From sequence record SRR20825010_791: a stretch of 64,000 nucleotides of DNA. One strand, given 5' to 3'. Position 1 is the first letter of the stretch. Each line of letters begins with the position of its first letter. Below the pieces are notes generated by a model. That model did not search any database and was not told where the DNA came from. It worked only from the letters and a program-made list of their open reading frames with translations. The position numbers were made by a program, and so were the translations under genes. Shown one piece after another: positions 11,316 through 19,949 of this stretch.

Positions 11316-11573
11316 TTTTTAAGTATCCGTGCTATATAGTAGTAATACCAATGAAAGGTGGTGGCGGCAGTAACTGTCCAGGATATAAAATTCTGGATTC
11401 CTAATACTGGTTTAACATTTGTATAGGCTGCTATTCCAGGATGGAGAAATTTTCATATATTCATGTTTTCGGCAATAGATCATCGCTAAAAAAGCTTTTG
11501 GCAAGTATAAAGTATGATTGGCCACTGATCAAAAACTTAATATAGGACACAGATAATCATAAATTTTTAAACC

Positions 11574-12050
11574 ATGGAAAACAAAACAACAAGAAGAGCA
11601 TCTTTCAAAAAATTAGGAATGGGTTTGGCAGCTATGTTCGGAATAGGTGCTGCGGCCAGGGCAATGGATGGAGGTTCAAAACCAAAAAAGGAAGTAGTGG
11701 GAGACATAGTCATGGATCAGGATATACCATTGTTTTCAGGAGGGGTAAAACATGGAAACACCCTTTATATAGCTGGCAAAGGGGCACACGTGGAACCTTA
11801 TGAGATAAAGGCACATACGGAGATTGTTTTGCAGGAGTTGGAAAAGGAACTCAAAAAGCATGGTTCTTCCATGGAAAAGGTTTTGAAAGTAAATGTGTAT
11901 TTGGCCGATTTGGCGGATTATAAGGGAATGAACGAAGTGTTCAGGGGCCGTTTTGGACCAAATCCTCCAGTAAGGACCACAGTGGCCACCTACGGGGGCG
12001 TACCTGGAAATTCTTTGGTTGAAATGGACTGTATAGCTGCACTGGACTAA
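11574..12050 (+). CDS. RidA/YjgF family imine deaminase with twin-arginine-like leader
   Basis: LYIAG, VLKVNVYL, MNEVF, PPVRTTV (catalytic Arg), VEMDCIA; leader TTRRASFKKLGMGLAAMFGIGAAARA. Confidence 0.9.
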   Translation: MENKTTRRASFKKLGMGLAAMFGIGAAARAMDGGSKPKKEVVGDIVMDQDIPLFSGGVKHGNTLYIAGKGAHVEPYEIKAHTEIVLQELEKELKKHGSSMEKVLKVNVYLADLADYKGMNEVFRGRFGPNPPVRTTVATYGGVPGNSLVEMDCIAALD

Positions 12051-12064
12051 AAGATTTAAAAATT

Positions 12065-12991
12065 ATGAGGGTCAATATTATTTTACAGTTCTTTTGCTTT
12101 TTTGTGTTGAATTCCGTCGTTTTTGGACAGACCATTCCCAAGGAGGAATTGATTTTCCTGACCTCCGAATGGAAAGGGGAACGCTTTGATGACGGTCGCC
12201 CTAAAATTCCGGACGATCTTTTGGAACGGGCAAAAAAAATTGGGATCGATGATGCATGGACCGTCCTGGAAAACGAAGGATATAAAAATCAGTTCGAAGG
12301 CAATTGGAAAATGGTACACGATGAGGTTCCAGTTGTAGGTAGGGCACTTACCGCCTTGTTTATGCCCAGTAGGCCCGATGTGGAGAAAAGCATTAAGGAA
12401 AGGGGTATAAATTCCCAAGGGAGAAAGGGCAACACCAATTCATGGCCCATTGAAGTGCTCACAAAAGGTGACGTATATGTGGCCGATAGTTTTGGCAAGA
12501 TCGATGCGGGTACACTGATGGGGGCTACCCTGGCAACCTCTATTTATAGCAAGTCCGGAAACGGAGTGGTTTTTAATGGTAGTGCAAGGGATTTGGAGAG
12601 TATAAGCAAGATCGAAGGCTTCAATGCCTTTGTACGCGATTTTCACCCCTCTTTTTTGGAGGAAGAAGTGCTAATGGGACTCAACACCCCCATAAGGATA
12701 GGGCAGGTAATGGTTTTGCCGGGAGATCTTGTCCTGGCAAAAAGGGAGGGAGTATTGTTCATTCCCGCACATTTGGCCGAACAGGTAGTGGGCACCGCAG
12801 AATTTGTAGCCCTTAAGGACCAGTTTGGTTTTGAAATGGTGAAGTCCAAGAAATATTCCACTGGAGAGATAGACAATGATTGGAACGAACAGCTAAAAAA
12901 GGAATTTTTTGCCTGGTTGGACAAACATCCGGAATTGGTAAAAATGTCCAAGGAGACTTTGAATAAGATTTTAAGCAAAAGGACATGGTAA
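12065..12991 (+). CDS. RraA/HMG-aldolase family protein with Sec-type signal peptide
   Basis: VVGRALTA, GDVYVAD, GVVFNGSARD, PIRIGQVMVLPGDLV; hydrophobic leader ending VFG-Q. Confidence 0.85.
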   Translation: MRVNIILQFFCFFVLNSVVFGQTIPKEELIFLTSEWKGERFDDGRPKIPDDLLERAKKIGIDDAWTVLENEGYKNQFEGNWKMVHDEVPVVGRALTALFMPSRPDVEKSIKERGINSQGRKGNTNSWPIEVLTKGDVYVADSFGKIDAGTLMGATLATSIYSKSGNGVVFNGSARDLESISKIEGFNAFVRDFHPSFLEEEVLMGLNTPIRIGQVMVLPGDLVLAKREGVLFIPAHLAEQVVGTAEFVALKDQFGFEMVKSKKYSTGEIDNDWNEQLKKEFFAWLDKHPELVKMSKETLNKILSKRTW

Positions 12992-13509
12992 TCGGAGGAA
13001 ATACATGGATAAATCGTGTAAGTAGCAGCTGGATATTACCCATTTTTGCCTTGTTAATTTTGATGGGGTGCAAACAAAATGTTGATCCACCCAAGTCCCA
13101 AACAACAGCAGGCATGATGGCGGAAGGACAAGATTTGATTACAATCGACGAAGTTCAGCGCGCCGTGTCCACCTTTAATGAAGCCATGGTAAATCCGAGC
13201 ACAGAACTCATGGACAGCTTATGCGCTGATGAGCTCACCTATGGGCATTCCAGTGGGCTGATCCAGAACAAGGCAGCGTTTATAGATGATATAGTGCATG
13301 GGCCATTCAATTTTTTGACTTTGGAAGCTGCTGATCAGACCATCACTATTTCTGGTAATACGGCAATAGTTCGCCATATTTTTTTGGCCAAGGGTACCAA
13401 CGCCGGCGAGCCTGCAGATGTCCGTATAGGAAATACACAGGTATACCAAAAAGCCCGCGATGGGGCACTTAAACTTTTGGCCAGACAGGCTTACAAGTTG
13501 CCCAATTAA
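12985..13509 (+). CDS. NTF2-like (DUF4440-type) lipoprotein
   Basis: LILMGC lipobox; LTYGHSSG...K..FI; C-terminal KLLARQA. Confidence 0.8.
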   Translation: MVIGGNTWINRVSSSWILPIFALLILMGCKQNVDPPKSQTTAGMMAEGQDLITIDEVQRAVSTFNEAMVNPSTELMDSLCADELTYGHSSGLIQNKAAFIDDIVHGPFNFLTLEAADQTITISGNTAIVRHIFLAKGTNAGEPADVRIGNTQVYQKARDGALKLLARQAYKLPN

Positions 13510-13535
13510 AACTAAACCACCTAAACTAACCAATT

Positions 13536-14624
13536 TTGAAAAAACCAACTATTTATTCCATATGCCTTGGTATGGCCGCTATATTGCTGCTAGTAATTTT
13601 AGGCATGATCTTTTCACAAAATTTAGAAAGGGCAGGTCTTTTAATAATGGCCTTTTTTGCACTGCTGGCCCTTGGCTTCAGTGGGTATAAATCTTTGAAC
13701 AGCTATGTTTTTACCGCCTCTATATTTGCCGGGGTAGCCCTAGCTCTTTATTATCCACAGTATTTTCTTCAGATAGGCGATTTTAAGCTTACTGGGCTGA
13801 TCATACCCTTGATCCAACTTATTATGTTCGGTATGGGAACCTCTATGAGGATTAGTGATTTTGCCGAAGTTGTCAAGGCTCCTAAAGGCGTTATGGTCGG
13901 GGTCACTGCACAGTTGGGCATAATGCCGATTATGGGCTTTGTGCTGGCAAAATTTAGTAATTTCCCTCCAGAGATTGCCGCAGGAATCGTGCTGATAGGG
14001 TGTTCCCCCAGTGGGGTGGCATCTAACGTAATGGCCTATTTGGCTAAGGCCAATCTGGCCCTTTCCATCACCATTACTTCTATCTCAACACTTCTTGCAC
14101 CTTTCATTACCCCACTTTTAATGAAGTTATTGGCTGGGGAATTTATAGAGATAGATGTGATGGATATGATGTGGAGTATAATAAAGATGATTATTTTACC
14201 TCTGGGAGCAGGGATTCTCTTAAATCAATTGCGAGGGGACAAGGGAAAATGGCTGGACCAAGCACTTCCGGTAATTTCCATGTTGGGCATTGGGCTTATA
14301 ATCGTTGTAATAACGGCTGCAGGTAGGGATAGCCTTTTGGATATAGGCGGAATCTTAATGTTGTTGGTACTCATACATAACTTATTTGGCTACACGCTAG
14401 GGTATTGGTATGCCCGACTATTGCGATTGAATGAGCAGGATTCACGTACCATTGCTTTGGAGGTGGGGATGCAGAACGGGGGCCTTGCTTCGGGCATCGC
14501 AAATTCCTTGGGTAAGATAGCCACTATGGGTCTGGCACCGGCCGTATTTGGACCCTTGATGAATATTACCGGGTCTATTTTAGCCTCCTATTGGCATAAG
14601 AGACCTCCAAAAGAAGGCCAATGA
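13536..14624 (+). CDS. Bile acid:sodium symporter (BASS) family transporter
   Basis: MFGMG, GCSPSGVASNV, EVGMQNGGLA motifs; many TM helices; TTG start. Confidence 0.93.
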   Translation: MKKPTIYSICLGMAAILLLVILGMIFSQNLERAGLLIMAFFALLALGFSGYKSLNSYVFTASIFAGVALALYYPQYFLQIGDFKLTGLIIPLIQLIMFGMGTSMRISDFAEVVKAPKGVMVGVTAQLGIMPIMGFVLAKFSNFPPEIAAGIVLIGCSPSGVASNVMAYLAKANLALSITITSISTLLAPFITPLLMKLLAGEFIEIDVMDMMWSIIKMIILPLGAGILLNQLRGDKGKWLDQALPVISMLGIGLIIVVITAAGRDSLLDIGGILMLLVLIHNLFGYTLGYWYARLLRLNEQDSRTIALEVGMQNGGLASGIANSLGKIATMGLAPAVFGPLMNITGSILASYWHKRPPKEGQ

Positions 14625-14685
14625 TCCAAATATTAAAGTTAAATTTGGCCAAACTAGAAATAATTGAATAACAAGTTGATTAATT

Positions 14686-16902
14686 ATGAATAAAATTTGT
14701 GCGTGCTTACTTCTTTTGGGCATTGTTGGTTGTGGTAAAAAGGAATACAAGGATAAAATTTATGTAAAACCCGAAATTGTAAGGGAAGCTCCGTCGGATT
14801 TTCTTTCTCCCGAGGAAAGTATGGAAAAGTTCTACTTGCCCGAGGGCTATAAGATTGAGTTGGTAGCCAGTGAACCTATGGTAAATGAGCCTGTAGCTAT
14901 TGCCTGGGACGGGAACGGCAAGATGTATGTAGCCCAAATGGATACCTATATGCAAAATGTGGATGCGGTTGGGGAAGATGAACCCATTAGTCAGATTAAA
15001 CTCTTGGTAGATTTGGATGGCGATGGAAAAATGGACAAGAGTACCGTTTTTATAGATAGTCTTCTTTTGCCAAGGATGATTTTGCCACTTGATGACCGAC
15101 TTATCGTAAATGAAACCTACTCCTATGATCTATGGAGTTATAGGGATACCGATAACGACGGAGTGGCGGACGAAAAGATTAGGGTTTATGAAAATCCAAA
15201 AAGAAGGGGAGGAAACCTGGAGCACCAGCAGAGTGGTCTGGTTTGGAACTTGGACAATTGGGTATATACCACCTATAACCCATTGCGGTTCAGGTTCAAT
15301 AAGGACGGGATAAAAGTAGATTCCTTGGTAGATGGTTCCAGTGGGCAATGGGGTCTAACCCAGGACGATCTTGGAAATATGTATTATTCTTCTGCGGGTG
15401 GAGAAACAGCCGCCTATGGTTTTCAAGTTCCTCCTATCTATGGTGAAGTAAATTTGGAAGGGCAAATTTCAGAAGGCTTTATGGAGCCATGGCCAGTTGT
15501 TGGAACGCCTGATGTTCAGGGTGGGGCCAAATTAAGATTGAAGGAAGATGGTACCTTAAATAAATTTACCGGTGTGGCAGGCCAAGAAATATTTAGAGGC
15601 GATAAATTACCTCCATCCACTTATGGGGATCTCTTTATTCCGGAACCGGTGGGCAGATTGATCCGTAGGGCAAAAATAAAAAATGAGAACGGTAAAAAAG
15701 TGTTGTACAATGCCTACGACCAAGCCGAGTTTTTGGCGTCTACAGATTTGAACTTTAGACCGGTCCAAGCGCAAACAGGGCCAGATGGAAGTCTTTATAT
15801 TGTAGATATGTACCGCGGTATCATACAGGAGGGCAACTGGACCAGGGAAGGCAGTCATTTACGACCCGTTATTCTGCGTAAAGGTTTGGATAAGAATATT
15901 GGAAGAGGTAGGATATATCGTATTGTCCATGAAGAGATGGAACCTAGTGGAAAACCCAAGCTTTTGGATAAGTCCGCTGAGGAGCTGATCGATTACTTAG
16001 GACATCCCAATGGATGGTACAGGAATACGGCCCAAAAGCTGATCATTTTAAAAGGGGATATGGGTATTGTACCCAAGCTAAAGGAATTGGCAAGGGACAA
16101 CGAGTCTTTTTGGACGGACAACTTTGGGGATAGGGACTATCCCATTGAAAGAATCCATGCCCTTTGGACCTTAGAAGGACTTGGGGTTGTAGACAAGGAG
16201 TTGATACTTGAAAAGCTAAAGGATGCTGATCCCAGGGTTCGTATTACGGCGATAAGACTGAGTGAAGAATTTTTGAAGAAAGAAGATCAAGAAATAATGC
16301 AGGCCTTGGCCAAATTGCAAAAGGACAGCGATATCAATGTCGTCAATCAATTAGTATTGAGTTTAAGATATTCCAAAAGTGCAGAAAGCTCCAATATCTT
16401 AAGTTCTGTCCAAGAAGAATATGCAGACAATGAGCTGATAGCTGCCTCTGTTGATCTGGGTTTAAAAGCAAAGGATTCAGATTTACTACAATTAAAGCAT
16501 AGGCTGGCCAATAAAAGCAATGGTCATAAATGGAGGGCTTTGGATGGCTACGATATTTATAAACAGACCTGTGTTACCTGCCATGGTTCCGATTTAAAAG
16601 GGGTTCCCAATGGCGAAAATTCCTTGATCGCACCATCTTTAATTGGATCGCCAAGAGTTATGGGCGATAAGGAAGTACTTGTTAAAATTCTTTTAAACGG
16701 ACTTACCGGACCTATAGACGGTAAGGAATACGGTATTATGTTGCCAATGGGAAGCAACGATGATGATTGGATAGGCCATGTGGCCACCTACATTCGTTCC
16801 ATGAACGACACGACTATGGTCCATGAAAATGAGGTTAGGGATATCCGTGCCAAAAATACAGAAAGGAATAGCTATTGGACTTTGAAAGAACTGTTGAAAT
16901 AA
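14686..16902 (+). CDS. Lipoprotein membrane-bound dehydrogenase-like protein (beta-propeller + HEAT-like repeats + cytochrome c; PVC-type CxxCH family)
   Basis: GIVGC lipobox; LSPEES...IELVASEP, FRPV..GPDGSLYIVDMYRG, GRIYRI, HALWTLEGLG, CVTCH heme site with distal GIMLPM. Confidence 0.85.
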   Translation: MNKICACLLLLGIVGCGKKEYKDKIYVKPEIVREAPSDFLSPEESMEKFYLPEGYKIELVASEPMVNEPVAIAWDGNGKMYVAQMDTYMQNVDAVGEDEPISQIKLLVDLDGDGKMDKSTVFIDSLLLPRMILPLDDRLIVNETYSYDLWSYRDTDNDGVADEKIRVYENPKRRGGNLEHQQSGLVWNLDNWVYTTYNPLRFRFNKDGIKVDSLVDGSSGQWGLTQDDLGNMYYSSAGGETAAYGFQVPPIYGEVNLEGQISEGFMEPWPVVGTPDVQGGAKLRLKEDGTLNKFTGVAGQEIFRGDKLPPSTYGDLFIPEPVGRLIRRAKIKNENGKKVLYNAYDQAEFLASTDLNFRPVQAQTGPDGSLYIVDMYRGIIQEGNWTREGSHLRPVILRKGLDKNIGRGRIYRIVHEEMEPSGKPKLLDKSAEELIDYLGHPNGWYRNTAQKLIILKGDMGIVPKLKELARDNESFWTDNFGDRDYPIERIHALWTLEGLGVVDKELILEKLKDADPRVRITAIRLSEEFLKKEDQEIMQALAKLQKDSDINVVNQLVLSLRYSKSAESSNILSSVQEEYADNELIAASVDLGLKAKDSDLLQLKHRLANKSNGHKWRALDGYDIYKQTCVTCHGSDLKGVPNGENSLIAPSLIGSPRVMGDKEVLVKILLNGLTGPIDGKEYGIMLPMGSNDDDWIGHVATYIRSMNDTTMVHENEVRDIRAKNTERNSYWTLKELLK

Positions 16903-16924
16903 TATAAAAAGGGCAAAAGGATAC

Positions 16925-17920
16925 CTACATAGGTATCCGTTGTCCCTTTAAATTACTTTCCTCCAATTTTTCTATGACAATCATATTCTTTACGGAATCT
17001 TCCAAAGGAGTGGGAACTGGTGTATTGTTTCTTATTGCCAAGGCAAAAAGATCGGCCTGTATGGTGTATTGATTACAGGTCTCAAATTCAATGGTTTGGC
17101 AATCATCACCTATGGTGACCCATATTTTGGAAGGCCTGTCTATAGGTGGGTTAAAGGGCAGTTCAAATTTTATATTTCCCTTGGTTCCGAATATTTGTGC
17201 TTGTTGATTGTCCGCCAATTGAGTGGAGCTGAAGAATACCGAAGTGCCGGTTTCAAATTCCAGTATTCCAGAGGCCAATACGTCTACTTTAAAATCGGGA
17301 TGGTATTCAATAACCGATGAAATACTTTTGGGTTCCGAATTGAACATAAACCTGGAGAGGGATATGGGGTAGCAGCCAATATCCATTAAACTTCCACCCC
17401 CGAACTCTTTGCTGTTGACAATGCTATTGGGGTCATCTTCAAAAAAGGAGAAAGAGGATTGAATGGTTTTGATGTCACCTATAGCCTTTTGGTCCACTAA
17501 TTCCTTAACCTTTATCCATTGGGGGTGATGTCTGTACATAAAGGCCTCCATAATCTTTAAGTGCGGGTACTTTTTGGTTTCCTGCAACAATCTTTCGGCT
17601 TCCTTACTGGATAGCCCAACAGGCTTTTCAACCAGAACGTGCTTGTCCGCTTCCAAGGCCTTTATGGCCCATTGCACGTGTAGATGATTGGGCAATGGAA
17701 TATAGATGGCATCTACTTCCTTATCTACCAGCAATTCCTCATAGGAACCGTAGAATTCGGGTATACCAAATTGCTCAGCTATGTCCTGGGCCTTTTCTGT
17801 ACTTCTGGAGGCAATAGCATACACTTCTCCGTACTGACAACTGAGCATTGCCGGAATTACGTGCTCTGTTGCAATATGGGCACTGCCCAAAATCCCCCAT
17901 TTTATTTTTTTGCCCATCAA
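16925..17920 (-). CDS. Gfo/Idh/MocA family NAD(P)-dependent oxidoreductase (aldose-dehydrogenase-like)
   Basis: WGILGSAHIA, YIPLPNHLH, HVLVEKP, GGGSLMDIGCY. Confidence 0.92.
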   Translation of the reverse strand: MMGKKIKWGILGSAHIATEHVIPAMLSCQYGEVYAIASRSTEKAQDIAEQFGIPEFYGSYEELLVDKEVDAIYIPLPNHLHVQWAIKALEADKHVLVEKPVGLSSKEAERLLQETKKYPHLKIMEAFMYRHHPQWIKVKELVDQKAIGDIKTIQSSFSFFEDDPNSIVNSKEFGGGSLMDIGCYPISLSRFMFNSEPKSISSVIEYHPDFKVDVLASGILEFETGTSVFFSSTQLADNQQAQIFGTKGNIKFELPFNPPIDRPSKIWVTIGDDCQTIEFETCNQYTIQADLFALAIRNNTPVPTPLEDSVKNMIVIEKLEESNLKGQRIPM

Positions 17921-17923
17921 TTT

Positions 17924-18835
17924 TTATATGACCTGTGGACTTGCGAACTGGTCTAAATAATCTTTTACTTTTTCTCTTTCCCTATTTTCAAATTTTCTTA
18001 ATGGTAGGGCCATATGGTCCTCGCAGATGTCCATTACAGATAGGGCACATTTAATGCCCTTGGTTATTCTGGACGCATTCTTGCCTACACAGTAAATACT
18101 GCTGTTAACAAAAGCCACCTTATTGCGAAGTATTTTTATATCCTCGAAATTACTTGCCACAGAAGCGTTGTACAGGTCAACAAATAACTCTGGCAGGAAA
18201 TTTGCCCCACCAGCAACAGCACCATGACCACCATGTAGTATGGTTTCTGGTAAAAACATTTCTGTCCCTACAATGATGGAAAATTCCGGAGTCTCCTTAA
18301 AAGCTTCAATCAGCGAGTAGAAATAGGACATATCACCTGAGCTGTCCTTGATACCTATTGCACCTAATTCCTTAGCTTTTTTTACTGTCTCCAAGGAAAG
18401 GTGTAGTTTGGTACAGCTTGGCATATTGTACATCATAACGGGCAAGGACAATTGTGGAATTAATCGCTCCAAATAGTCCATCATTTCTTCCTGCGATATT
18501 GGAAGATAATAAGGAGGGGCTACAACCACTGCATCTGCACCAGCTTCTTTGGAGTGGGCTGCAATGTCCAAGGAACCGCTAAAGGAGGTATCGGTTATTC
18601 CTACCAATACGGGAACCCTTCCACGGATATATTTACAAGCCTTTGTTATAAGCTCTTTTCGTAATTCATAACTAAGACTGGGAGCTTCCCCATTGGTGCC
18701 CAAAAGGAAAATGCCATGTACACCTCCAGTAATAAGATGCTCAATAAGTTTTTCCAATCCTTTTTCATCCAATCCACCGTCAGCGTTAAGAGGGGTAACC
18801 ATTGGGGGAATAATCCCTTTTAATTTTAATGCCAT
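17924..18835 (-). CDS. Dihydrodipicolinate synthase/N-acetylneuraminate lyase family protein (canonical motifs)
   Basis: GIIPPMVTP, GTNGE, PPYY, YNMP, GIKDSSG Schiff-base Lys. Confidence 0.92.
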   Translation of the reverse strand: MALKLKGIIPPMVTPLNADGGLDEKGLEKLIEHLITGGVHGIFLLGTNGEAPSLSYELRKELITKACKYIRGRVPVLVGITDTSFSGSLDIAAHSKEAGADAVVVAPPYYLPISQEEMMDYLERLIPQLSLPVMMYNMPSCTKLHLSLETVKKAKELGAIGIKDSSGDMSYFYSLIEAFKETPEFSIIVGTEMFLPETILHGGHGAVAGGANFLPELFVDLYNASVASNFEDIKILRNKVAFVNSSIYCVGKNASRITKGIKCALSVMDICEDHMALPLRKFENREREKVKDYLDQFASPQVI

Positions 18836-18989
18836 ATATTTTTTTTAGTTGGAACAAAGTAAATTTAAAAGGTAGGGGTGTACCACAACTATATTATTTA
18901 AAACAGATAATATATTGACCATTGTGTCTTTTAACGCAAGGTTTTGTGGGAATTTATTTAGGCCGTATATATTAAGAGTATCTCCAATA

Positions 18990-19949
18990 TTAGTATTTAT
19001 AGGGCCTTTGGGCCATAAGTTGGTTTTCAAGATTAATAATTCTATCTATATGCTTGTCGGCCAGTTTTTTATGTAGGGCATCAAAGGGAAGTATAGGATT
19101 ACGAACAATGGGGGTTTTATAAATGCCTTGGCGATATAATAGCCGTTTAAAAAAATGTATGGAAATGTCCAAATGCTGATTGGAAAAGGCCAACACTGGA
19201 ATTATCTGCCCAAACAGGGCCTCTGCATCTTCCGTTTTACCTTCCGTGAACATACGGTATATGGAAGTGTAAATGAAATGCATACCAGTAGGCATAAACG
19301 CATGTACACCTCTCTGTAGCCCTTCCATCATTTGGGTAACGGCCCAGCCCCCACTAACGTTCAATTGTCCCTTGGTCAGATCTAAAATTCTTGAATATTT
19401 GGGACCCGCTGGTACGGTTTCAATTTTTAAACATCGAAAGGCAGCCACTTTTTCGAATAAATCACATATAAGGTCGTCCGATAGGCCATAACCGGTAGCA
19501 TCCCAATCTTGTAGCATAATCATTTCCGGATCAAGGGCCGCCAATTCCATAAAATGATTTCTAAACTGGTTCTCATCAACAAAGGGAATTTGGAATAGCA
19601 CATTTTTACAACCTAAATCTATATAAGCCTTTAGTAGTTCCTTGCTTTTGGATAGATCCTGTTCCCCTGCACCACCAATAACCGGAATCCTATCCCCTGC
19701 GGTTTCCAAAACCGTGGATAGCATTTCCAATCTTTCCGAATGGGATAATTTATATACTTCTGCAGCCATGGCGGGGACCAATATACCGGCAACCCCGGCT
19801 CTTAATGCCTCCTTTACATTGTTTCTTAATGCCGCATGGTCAATGGTGTCCTCCTTGGTAAAGGGAGTGTTGAGCACGCTAACAATTCCTTTTAATGGAA
19901 AGAGTTTTTTTTGGGCCAACATCTCCTTATTGTTTAATAAGCCAGACAT
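18990..19949 (-). CDS. DHDPS-fold protein, 2-keto-3-deoxy-pentonate dehydratase-like motif set
   Basis: LNTPF, AMAAEVY replacing GTTGE, QD replacing YN, LKIET. Confidence 0.8.
   Translation of the reverse strand: MSGLLNNKEMLAQKKLFPLKGIVSVLNTPFTKEDTIDHAALRNNVKEALRAGVAGILVPAMAAEVYKLSHSERLEMLSTVLETAGDRIPVIGGAGEQDLSKSKELLKAYIDLGCKNVLFQIPFVDENQFRNHFMELAALDPEMIMLQDWDATGYGLSDDLICDLFEKVAAFRCLKIETVPAGPKYSRILDLTKGQLNVSGGWAVTQMMEGLQRGVHAFMPTGMHFIYTSIYRMFTEGKTEDAEALFGQIIPVLAFSNQHLDISIHFFKRLLYRQGIYKTPIVRNPILPFDALHKKLADKHIDRIINLENQLMAQRPYKY

Noticed and set aside
11351-11404. 17-codon ORF MKGGGGSNCPGYKILDS as a leader or RiPP precursor
   Set aside because: Too short, with no modifying enzymes or attenuator structure to support it.
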